Positions 57,682 to 64,000 of a stretch of DNA of 64,000 bases are shown here, one piece after another. Both the position numbers and the translations under genes were made by a program. Under the pieces are notes generated by a model. It ran no database searches. It saw only the letters and a program-made list of their open reading frames with translations, and was not told the origin of the DNA. Source of the DNA: Ancalomicrobiaceae bacterium (GTDB lineage Bacteria; Pseudomonadota; Alphaproteobacteria; Rhizobiales; Ancalomicrobiaceae); contig JARLIT010000076.1 of NCBI GenBank assembly GCA_031291575.1, forward strand, positions 410-64,409, in the 5' to 3' direction. How positions within the stretch are numbered: the first letter of the stretch is position 1; every line of letters begins with the position of its first letter.

Positions 57682-57723
57682 GATCCTCCGCCGAATCGAC
57701 CCTCGGCGGAGGATCTTTCATTT
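57682..57723 (+). terminator. Rho-independent terminator of the sugar ABC operon
   Basis: 13-bp perfect stem GATCCTCCGCCGA / TCGGCGGAGGATC, an 8-nt loop, then TTTCATTT. Confidence 0.8.
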
Positions 57724-57724
57724 G

Positions 57725-58462
57725 ATGCCGCCTGCGAAGCGCCGCCCTGCGATTCCCACCGAAGCGACCGTCGAAATCGACGGGCTGCCTGTGCGCATTG
57801 CGGTCAAGGCGACGGCGCGAGCCCGGCGCTATTCGCTGCGGCTGCCGACGGCCGGAGGCGATCCGGTGCTGACGCTGCCGATCGCCGGTCATTTTTCCGA
57901 GGCGCTCGCCTTCGTCCAACGCCACCGCCCCTGGCTCGCCGAACGTCTGCGCCGCCGGCCGCCGCCGATTCCACTCGGCGACGGCGACGTCATCCCGTTG
58001 CGCGGTCGCGATACGTTGATCGTACGAACGGCCGGCCTGAGGGGGGTGACACACTTGGAAGAGGGTGATCCGCCGCGCCTGCTGGTCGCTGGCGAGGAAG
58101 GCCATGTGCGCCGCCGGGTCATCGATTTCCTCAAACGACAGGCCCGCAGCGATCTCGAAGCAGCTGTGGCGCGACATGCCGCCCGGCTCGGCGCCAAGCC
58201 GACGGCGGTGCGGTTGAAGGACACGCGCAGCCGCTGGGGGTCGTGCACCGCGGCGGGCGAACTCTCGTTTTCCTGGCGGGTGATCCTGGCGCCACCCGCC
58301 GTCCTCGACTATCTGGCGGCGCACGAAGTGGCGCATCTGCTGGAGCTCAACCACTCCCACCACTTCTGGCGTCTCGTCAGGGCGACCTGTCCCGACATGG
58401 ACCGGGGGCGCGCTTGGCTGAAGGCGCACGGTGCCCGGCTGCACGCTTTCGGCGCGGAGTAA
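57725..58462 (+). CDS. YgjP-like M48/DUF45 zinc metallohydrolase
   Basis: WGSCT... and the HEVAHLLELNH (HExxH) motif. Start is ATG 57725 (MPPAKRRPAIP). Confidence 0.8.
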   Translation: MPPAKRRPAIPTEATVEIDGLPVRIAVKATARARRYSLRLPTAGGDPVLTLPIAGHFSEALAFVQRHRPWLAERLRRRPPPIPLGDGDVIPLRGRDTLIVRTAGLRGVTHLEEGDPPRLLVAGEEGHVRRRVIDFLKRQARSDLEAAVARHAARLGAKPTAVRLKDTRSRWGSCTAAGELSFSWRVILAPPAVLDYLAAHEVAHLLELNHSHHFWRLVRATCPDMDRGRAWLKAHGARLHAFGAE

Positions 58463-58531
58463 CCGGCGGTAGCGATCCCGCGAGGTGCACGGACAGCCCA
58501 TTTTCCGATTCGCCAAGTGTCGCGGGATCGG

Positions 58532-58645
58532 CTAGAGCAGTTGCCGGACGGGCGGAATCGTCCGTTTGAATGGAAATACCCCAGATTCAATAGTTTGAGT
58601 GTGTTTTCCGCGGTCCGGCCGCATCAACCGGATCAGAGCACGCCG
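58532..58645 (+). repeat. RIME/REP-like element, copy D (degenerate outer stem)
   Basis: CTAGAGCAGTTGCC-GGACG-GGCGGAAT-CGTCC...CAGATTCAATAGTTTGAGTGTGT followed by a weak second hairpin. Confidence 0.7.
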
Positions 58646-58706
58646 CAGAGTCTTCACGACGCGGTCGCACCGGCCGCCCCCCCCGGCAGCACCCATGAGG
58701 AGTTTC

Positions 58707-59135
58707 ATGACGACCAAACTGACCACGCACGAAGCCCTCACCTATGTCATGGTCACCATGTCGGCCGCCGACGGGCGCGTGACCGACACCGAGCTGCAGG
58801 AGATCTCGGATCTGGTGGAGCATCTGCCGGTGTTCTCCGGCTTCACCTCCGACTCGATCCCGCGGCTGGCCGAGGATTGCGCCAAGCTCCTCGGCTCGGA
58901 TGACGGGCTCGGGCTCGACCGGCTGGTCACCATGGTCAAGGAAAGCCTCACCCCACCTCTCTATGAGACGGCGTACGCACTCGCCGTCGAAGTGGCGTCG
59001 GTCGATCTCGTCGCCGAGCAGGAGGAGCTGCGGTTCCTGGAACTGCTGCGCGATTCGCTCGAGGTCGACATGCTCGTCGCCGCAGCTATCGAGCGTAGCG
59101 CGCGCGTGCGCTTCCGCAAGCTCTCCGAGAGTTGA
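58707..59135 (+). CDS. TerB-like (tellurite-resistance TerB family) protein
   Basis: SD GAGGAG precedes ATG 58707. The helical TerB-type repeat pattern is present (MSAADGRVTDTELQEI ... VASVDLVAEQEELRFLELL). Confidence 0.65.
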   Translation: MTTKLTTHEALTYVMVTMSAADGRVTDTELQEISDLVEHLPVFSGFTSDSIPRLAEDCAKLLGSDDGLGLDRLVTMVKESLTPPLYETAYALAVEVASVDLVAEQEELRFLELLRDSLEVDMLVAAAIERSARVRFRKLSES

Positions 59136-59206
59136 GTGAAAAGCACAATCGCGATATGCCGCAACCGGGTGTAGATTGGCCCTGGGTCCATATCAAGGAT
59201 AGCGCC

Positions 59207-59599
59207 ATGCCCGGCGTCCACGGCCGGTTCGTCTGGAACGAACTCAACACGCGCAATGTCGAGAAGGCGAAAGCCTTCTACAGTGAGGCGCTCGGTTGGG
59301 AGTTCGTCGGCCAACCGATGGACATGTCGGCGGGGACCTACTGGCTGATCAAGTGCGGCGATGCCGGTGTCGGTGGCATGTTCGAGTTGACGGGGCCGCA
59401 CTTTCAACACGTGCCGGATCACTGGCTGCCATATATCGGGGTGGACGATATCGACAGCCGCGTCGCCAAGGCGACCGCCAATGGAGCAACGATCCTGCGC
59501 GCGCCCTTCGACGTTCCCGGTGTCGGCCGCATCGCCATCATCCGCGACCCGAGTGGCGCCGTGGCCGGATGGATGACGCCGGTTACGCCACCGTTTTGA
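59207..59599 (+). CDS. VOC (glyoxalase/bleomycin-resistance fold) family protein
   Basis: SD AAGGA plus 7 nt precedes ATG 59207. Contains FVWNEL...AKAFY...LGWEF and GRIAIIRDPSGA. Confidence 0.75.
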   Translation: MPGVHGRFVWNELNTRNVEKAKAFYSEALGWEFVGQPMDMSAGTYWLIKCGDAGVGGMFELTGPHFQHVPDHWLPYIGVDDIDSRVAKATANGATILRAPFDVPGVGRIAIIRDPSGAVAGWMTPVTPPF

Positions 59600-60551
59600 G
59601 GCGCTCCCAGGCGAGCCGCGCCGCAGCCAGATCCTCGAGCGCCGTGCCGACCGACTTGAAAAGGGTGATCTCCTCCTCGGTTGCGCGACCGGCATGACGG
59701 CCTGCGGCAAAATCAAACAGATCAGCCTCGATGCGCTCGGGCGTCAGGGTCCCGTTCCTGAGCGGCACGACGATATCACCGGCCTCGTGCATGGCGCCTT
59801 CGCGGGTATCGACGAAGACACGGGCGCGCGCCACCGCCTCGTCGTCGCTCTCGCGCATCTCCGGTGTATAGGCCCCGACGAGGTCGACATGGGTGCCGGG
59901 TGCAAGAAAGCGCCCCTGGACCAGGGGGGTGCGAGACATCGTCGCGGCCGAGACGATGTCGGCCGAGGCCACGGCCTCGTCGAGATCGGCCGCGGCGGTC
60001 ACATGATAGGCCCGGTCGGCCAGGCGGGCCGCCAGCGCCTCCGCGTTCGTCGGATCGCGGCTCCAGATCACGACTTCGCGGATCGGGCGGACGCTGGCGT
60101 GGGCGGCGATCAGATGCGGCGCCATGGCACCGGCGCCGATCATGACCAGACGGGATGCATCCCGCCGGGCAAGATGGCGGGCGGCCAGTGCCGAGGCAGC
60201 GGCGGTGCGAAGCAAGGTGAGGGTCGTGCCGTCGAGGACGGCGAGCGGCGCACCGGTCACCCCCGACATCAGCACGTAGGATCCCTGGACGCTCGCCACC
60301 CCACGCGCCGCATTGCCGGGAACGACGGTGACGAGCTTGACCCCGATATAGGCATCCGTCCCTTCGCCGCCACTCCAGGCCGGCATCATCAGCAGCACCG
60401 CATCCTGCTCGCCCGGGCGCTTCAGCGTGTGGTGATGGCGCAGCGGCGTGACCACGCCTTCGCGAAACGCCGTGGCGAGGGCATCGATGAGCGACGGACT
60501 ATCCAGGCTGGCGAGCAGCTCGTCGGCGCCGACGGCACGCATGACGGACAT
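59583..60551 (-). CDS. Ornithine cyclodeaminase / mu-crystallin family protein
   Basis: Rossmann motif MIGAGAMAP and an OCD-family N-terminus. The start is at 60551 or 60542. The 3' end overlaps the VOC gene's 3' end convergently. Confidence 0.8.
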   Translation of the reverse strand: MSVMRAVGADELLASLDSPSLIDALATAFREGVVTPLRHHHTLKRPGEQDAVLLMMPAWSGGEGTDAYIGVKLVTVVPGNAARGVASVQGSYVLMSGVTGAPLAVLDGTTLTLLRTAAASALAARHLARRDASRLVMIGAGAMAPHLIAAHASVRPIREVVIWSRDPTNAEALAARLADRAYHVTAAADLDEAVASADIVSAATMSRTPLVQGRFLAPGTHVDLVGAYTPEMRESDDEAVARARVFVDTREGAMHEAGDIVVPLRNGTLTPERIEADLFDFAAGRHAGRATEEEITLFKSVGTALEDLAAARLAWERLKTVA

Positions 60552-60576
60552 CTCCTGAAACGCCGAACTGTCCCGA

Positions 60577-60921
60577 TCAGGCGGCGCGACGCGGCGATGG
60601 CAGCGCCGGCTGGGTGGCAGGGCGTTCGGCCAGGAGCTGTTCGCGTTCCTGCCTGAGCCGTGCAACTTCCTCACGGGCACGATGGAGCGCGCGGCGATGC
60701 TTGTGTTGCGACAGCCAGACCGCCACGCCGCCGAGGATCACGCCGGCCGCCAACACGGCGAAAAAGGCCAGAAACAGCGGCGGATGCACACTGAGCGCCG
60801 AGGCATCCGGCCGGAACGGGTCGAGCGAAATAGTGACGGGGGCGCGATTGGCGACGCCGAGCGCAATGAACACGATGCCGACCGGAATGCCGACGACCAC
60901 CCACAGGATACGCGCCATCAA
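60577..60921 (-). CDS. LapA-domain (DUF1049) inner-membrane protein
   Basis: Two TM segments plus a basic coiled C-terminus. It sits in the usual position downstream of ihfB in alphaproteobacteria. Confidence 0.7.
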   Translation of the reverse strand: MMARILWVVVGIPVGIVFIALGVANRAPVTISLDPFRPDASALSVHPPLFLAFFAVLAAGVILGGVAVWLSQHKHRRALHRAREEVARLRQEREQLLAERPATQPALPSPRRAA

Positions 60922-61096
60922 GTCTTCCTCTTATGCAGCCTCGGCCGCCGAGCCACCACAACCCCGCTCCGTCGGAAACGCCGCGGCAGGAGCCCGCCCG
61001 CGCGCCAACGGAGGCAACCAGATCGCCATCGCCCGAGCGGACGCTACGACCCGAACGGGAACTGTTCCGCGCGACCGACCGGCGCAACCGCTGCGC

Positions 61097-61393
61097 TCAA
61101 TCGCCGACGTCGACGCCGTTGTTGAGACGCTCGCGCATCTCCTTGCCGGTCTTGAAGAACGGCACGTACTTCTCGGTGACCGCCACCTTCTGGCCCGTGC
61201 GCGGGTTGCGCCCGGTTCGGGCCGGCCGGTTCTTCACCGAAAAAGCGCCAAAACCGCGGAGCTCGACGCGGTCGCCTCTCGTCATCGCCTGCTCGACTTC
61301 GTCGAGGACAGCGTTGACGATGTGCTCAACGTCACGCTGATAGAGGTGCGGATTGCGCTCCGCCAGCCGTTGGACCAGTTCAGACTTGATCAT
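61097..61393 (-). CDS. ihfB: Integration host factor beta subunit
   Basis: [23 protein letters not shown]...[24 protein letters not shown]. The ATGA overlaps the sppA stop. Confidence 0.95.
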   Translation of the reverse strand: MIKSELVQRLAERNPHLYQRDVEHIVNAVLDEVEQAMTRGDRVELRGFGAFSVKNRPARTGRNPRTGQKVAVTEKYVPFFKTGKEMRERLNNGVDVGD

Positions 61394-62382
61394 TTGTTGA
61401 GCCCCACGGAATTATTGGTGTTTTCGTTGCTCATAGGGTGCCAAATGGATTGAAAGCCGTCAAGCGCGCGCCACTGCTGCAGGTCCTGATCTAGCCCTGT
61501 GGCAGTCATAAATCCGCGCGCGACGGCCTCCGAGACAGTTTCCGACGAGAATAGTCCGTAGCCCTCCTGATGCGGGCGCCAGTCGACGATCGGCAGATCG
61601 GCCGGCAGCTTCTTCTCCTGCTCCAACCAGGCGACGGCAACCGACTCCTCGCCGACGTCGTCGATCAACTTCAGGTCGCGCGCCTGGCTGCCGGTGACGA
61701 CGCGACCGTCGGCGAGCGCCCGGACGTCAGCCTCGGCCATGTGGCGACGATCGGCGACCAGATCGACGAAATACTGGAAGGTAGCCTGCAGCGCCCGGTC
61801 GAGCATGGCCTTGGCTTCCGGGCTTGCCGGCTTGAACGGATTGGGTTCGGCCTTCAAGGGGGCTGACTTCACCTCCTCGACCTTCACGCCCAGCATCTCG
61901 AGGGTGCGGGAGACGTCCGGCCATTGCGCGATGACGCCGATGGAGCCGGTCAGCGCGGTACGTCGGGCAACGACGTGGTCGGCGCCGAGCGCCACCATAT
62001 AGCCGGCGGATGCGCCGATCGAGGCGATGTAGCTGACCGTCGGCTTCTTCGCCGCCAGCTTCCGGACCGCGTCATAGATGGCCTCGCCGCCGACGCTCGC
62101 GCCGCCGGCACTGTCGATCTCGACGATGACGCCCTTCACCGCGTCGGATTTTGCCGCCCGCTCGAACACGTCCAACAGCTTGCGGTCGGTGGAGATGAAG
62201 CCGGAGACGCTGATGCGGGAGATCTGCGGCTTGGTCGATCCCAGCACGTCCTTGAGAGCCCCGCCGGCGTAGAGCAACGCGATGACGGCGACGACGCCCG
62301 AGAGGATTGCAGCGATGCGCCAGAAGCCGATCCTGCGCTTCATCAGGCGGCGGTCGACAATCACGTCCGGATCGAGCGGCAT
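61390..62382 (-). CDS. sppA: Signal peptide peptidase SppA (36K type)
   Basis: N-terminal TM segment and the GASAGYM catalytic-Ser region. SD GGAGAA precedes ATG 62382. Confidence 0.85.
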   Translation of the reverse strand: MPLDPDVIVDRRLMKRRIGFWRIAAILSGVVAVIALLYAGGALKDVLGSTKPQISRISVSGFISTDRKLLDVFERAAKSDAVKGVIVEIDSAGGASVGGEAIYDAVRKLAAKKPTVSYIASIGASAGYMVALGADHVVARRTALTGSIGVIAQWPDVSRTLEMLGVKVEEVKSAPLKAEPNPFKPASPEAKAMLDRALQATFQYFVDLVADRRHMAEADVRALADGRVVTGSQARDLKLIDDVGEESVAVAWLEQEKKLPADLPIVDWRPHQEGYGLFSSETVSEAVARGFMTATGLDQDLQQWRALDGFQSIWHPMSNENTNNSVGLNK

Positions 62383-62696
62383 GACGTTTCTCCAGGATTG
62401 ACAGTGAGGCGTACCAGTCGGATGCAGGCACGGCAAGGGCCACCGCCCGGCATCGGACATGACCAATTTGGACTATGCCAGCCATCGGCGCCTTTCATGG
62501 CAACGGTGAGGCATGACCCCGCCTCCGGTGCCATCCCCGATCGTTTCCGACGCCACTCTCGCCTGCCGGCCGCCTTGCGCGACGGCTCTCAAGCCGACAT
62601 AGTCGCCCGTCCGTATGCGTCGGCTGGCGTCGCCAATTGACCAGTTCACCCCAGCCGCCGACGTCAAGACTGTTTCCGAGCAAAGGGAGAGAAGCG

Positions 62697-63311
62697 ATGA
62701 GTCCGGCCCCACGCCGCCGTTCCGGCGGCGATATCAAGACAAAGGTGCTCGATGAACTCCGCTTCCTACGCAATTGGATCGGCAATCCCCTGACAACCGG
62801 TGCGGTGGCGCCCTCCGGACCGCTACTCGCCCGTTCGATGGCCGGATATATCAATCCGGAAGTGCCAGGCACCGTCGTCGAACTCGGGCCGGGAACCGGC
62901 GTCGTCACCGAGGCCATCCTCGAACGCGGCATCTCGGCGTCTCGCCTCGTCTCGATCGAATACAATCCCGACTTCTGCGCGCTCCTGCGCGATCGCTTCC
63001 CAGGCGTGCATTTCCTGCAGGGCGACGCCTACGCGATCCGCACCAATCTCACCGGCATCGCCGAATTGCCGCTCACCGCCATCGTCTCCAGCCTGCCGCT
63101 GTTCACCCGGCCGCTGGCCGAGCGACAGCGGCTGATCAACACCGCCCTCGACATGCTGGCACCGGGTGCGCCGTTCATCCAGTTCTCCTATGCGCTGGTG
63201 CCGCCAGTGCCACATGGCGCTGGCGACTTCACCATCGAACGGTCGAACTGGATCCTGATGAACCTGCCGCCGGCGCGGGTGTGGATCTACCGTCGCCCGG
63301 CGAAGGCGTAA
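62697..63311 (+). CDS. pmtA: Class I SAM-dependent methyltransferase, phospholipid N-methyltransferase-like
   Basis: SD AGGGAGAG precedes ATG 62697. SAM motif I VVELGPGTGVVT and a rhizobial PmtA-like N-terminus (FLRNWIGNPLTTGAVAPSG). Confidence 0.7.
   Translation: MSPAPRRRSGGDIKTKVLDELRFLRNWIGNPLTTGAVAPSGPLLARSMAGYINPEVPGTVVELGPGTGVVTEAILERGISASRLVSIEYNPDFCALLRDRFPGVHFLQGDAYAIRTNLTGIAELPLTAIVSSLPLFTRPLAERQRLINTALDMLAPGAPFIQFSYALVPPVPHGAGDFTIERSNWILMNLPPARVWIYRRPAKA
63243..63298 (+). repeat. pmtA 3'-terminal segment that is duplicated at 63946-64000
   Basis: TCGAACTGGATCCTGATGAACCTG... See the partner copy. Confidence 0.8.
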
Positions 63312-63344
63312 CGGGCGGGTTTCGCCCAGAGGGATTCCGCGCCG

Positions 63345-63929
63345 ATGGCGACCGTCTTCTATGTGACGCATCCACAGGTGCGGATCGATCCGTCGATCCC
63401 CGTCGGGGCTTGGGGGCTGTCGGAGACGGGACGGATGCGGGCGGAGGCCGCGGCCACGACCGGCTGGACGGGCAACGCCGGCCGCATCCTGTCATCGGCT
63501 GAAACCAAGGCGGTCGAGACGGCGCAGATCCTGGCCCGGCCGCTATGGTTGCCGGTGCAGGTCCGTCAGGATCTGCACGAGAACGACCGCACGTCGACCG
63601 GATTCCTGCCGCCAGAGGAGTTCGAGCGCGTCGCCGACGCCTTCTTTGCCCAACCGAACGACAGCGTTCGCGGCTGGGAGCGGGCCATCGATGCACAGGC
63701 GCGCATCGTCAGGGCGTTCGACGAAGAGCTCGCGCGCGACAGCGGCGACCGTGACGTGATCATCGCCGGGCATGGCGCGGTCGGCACGCTGCTGATGACG
63801 CATCTGTTGGGGCAGGCCATTTCACGCGCGCTCGACCAGCCGACCGGCGGCGGCAACGTCTTCGCCTTCGACCGCGACAGCCGGCGGGTCCTCCACCGCT
63901 GGAAACCACTGGAGGAGATGGCGAGATAG
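63345..63929 (+). CDS. Histidine phosphatase superfamily protein (divergent: TH instead of RH in the N-terminal catalytic motif)
   Basis: FYVTHPQV N-terminal motif, a later AGHGAV His motif, 194 aa. Confidence 0.65.
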   Translation: MATVFYVTHPQVRIDPSIPVGAWGLSETGRMRAEAAATTGWTGNAGRILSSAETKAVETAQILARPLWLPVQVRQDLHENDRTSTGFLPPEEFERVADAFFAQPNDSVRGWERAIDAQARIVRAFDEELARDSGDRDVIIAGHGAVGTLLMTHLLGQAISRALDQPTGGGNVFAFDRDSRRVLHRWKPLEEMAR

Positions 63930-63945
63930 GACCGCCCGTGCCCGA

Positions 63946-64000
63946 TCGAACTGGATCCTGATGAACCTGTCGCAGCGGGCGTGTAGATCTACCGACGCCC
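63946..64000 (+). repeat. Degenerate second copy of the pmtA 3' end (runs to window edge)
   Basis: The first 24 nt are identical to 63243-63266. The remainder matches with substitutions and one indel, including TGG to TAG at the Trp codon. Confidence 0.8.

Noticed and set aside
1-64000. Search for CRISPR arrays, transposases, integrases, phage or defence genes, and rRNA, tRNA or tmRNA genes.
   Set aside because: None was seen. The only repeats are short tandem duplications and the dispersed hairpin elements described above. Every sizeable ORF with protein-like sequence has a housekeeping, metabolic or regulatory identity.

Overview
This is a GC-rich, densely coding chromosomal segment that looks alphaproteobacterial (Rhizobiales-like). 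I found no rRNA or tRNA genes, no CRISPR array, and no transposase, integrase or phage genes.

Gene content by region:
- 1-12.7 kb: one co-directional minus-strand purine-oxidation cluster. Order is uraH, xdhA, xdhB, xdhC, a three-gene ABC importer, puuD, uraD, an AllC-like amidohydrolase, then guaD (truncated by the window edge).
- 13.6-36.6 kb: a microoxic 'fix' island. It holds a CheY-like regulator, hemA, fixGHIS, an interposed NitT/TauT-type ABC operon, a degenerate deformylase-like gene, fixNOQP, hemN, ybaK, fixK, a receiver-only regulator, fixJ and a soluble haem-PAS fixL. Four perfect TTGA-N6-TCAA (FixK/FNR-type) boxes lie in this island. fixS and fixQ are real small ORFs below the ORF-track length cutoff.
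- 36.8-48.8 kb: an aminotransferase, a CrbS-like solute-symporter-fused hybrid kinase with a convergent LuxR-type regulator, two FHA-domain proteins, a CPA2 antiporter, an esterase, an IalB-like protein and an HTH/S24-like regulator.
- 49-57.7 kb: an oxidative sugar/sugar-acid locus. It has a UxaA-type dehydratase, a GntR regulator, an aldo-keto reductase, an internally deleted lactonase relic and a CUT2 sugar ABC transporter.
- 57.7-64 kb: housekeeping genes (ygjP-like, TerB-like, VOC, OCD-like, LapA-like, ihfB, sppA, pmtA-like, histidine phosphatase).

Hunt result: I did not find a convincing novel multi-gene system. This looks like core chromosome. The observations most worth a second look are:
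- a four-copy ~115-bp two-hairpin intergenic element with covarying stems;
- a deformylase paralogue missing two of its three metal ligands;
- unusually long gene-free spacers splitting fixL, fixJ, the receiver gene and fixK;
- an orphan pair of FHA proteins, one membrane-anchored and one soluble;
- a FixK box placed to fire divergently into a structured ABC-operon leader;
- an apparently leaderless hemN;
- a lactonase deletion relic;
- a degenerate duplicate of the pmtA 3' end bracketing the histidine-phosphatase gene.

All functional calls come from by-eye motif recognition. No searches were run.
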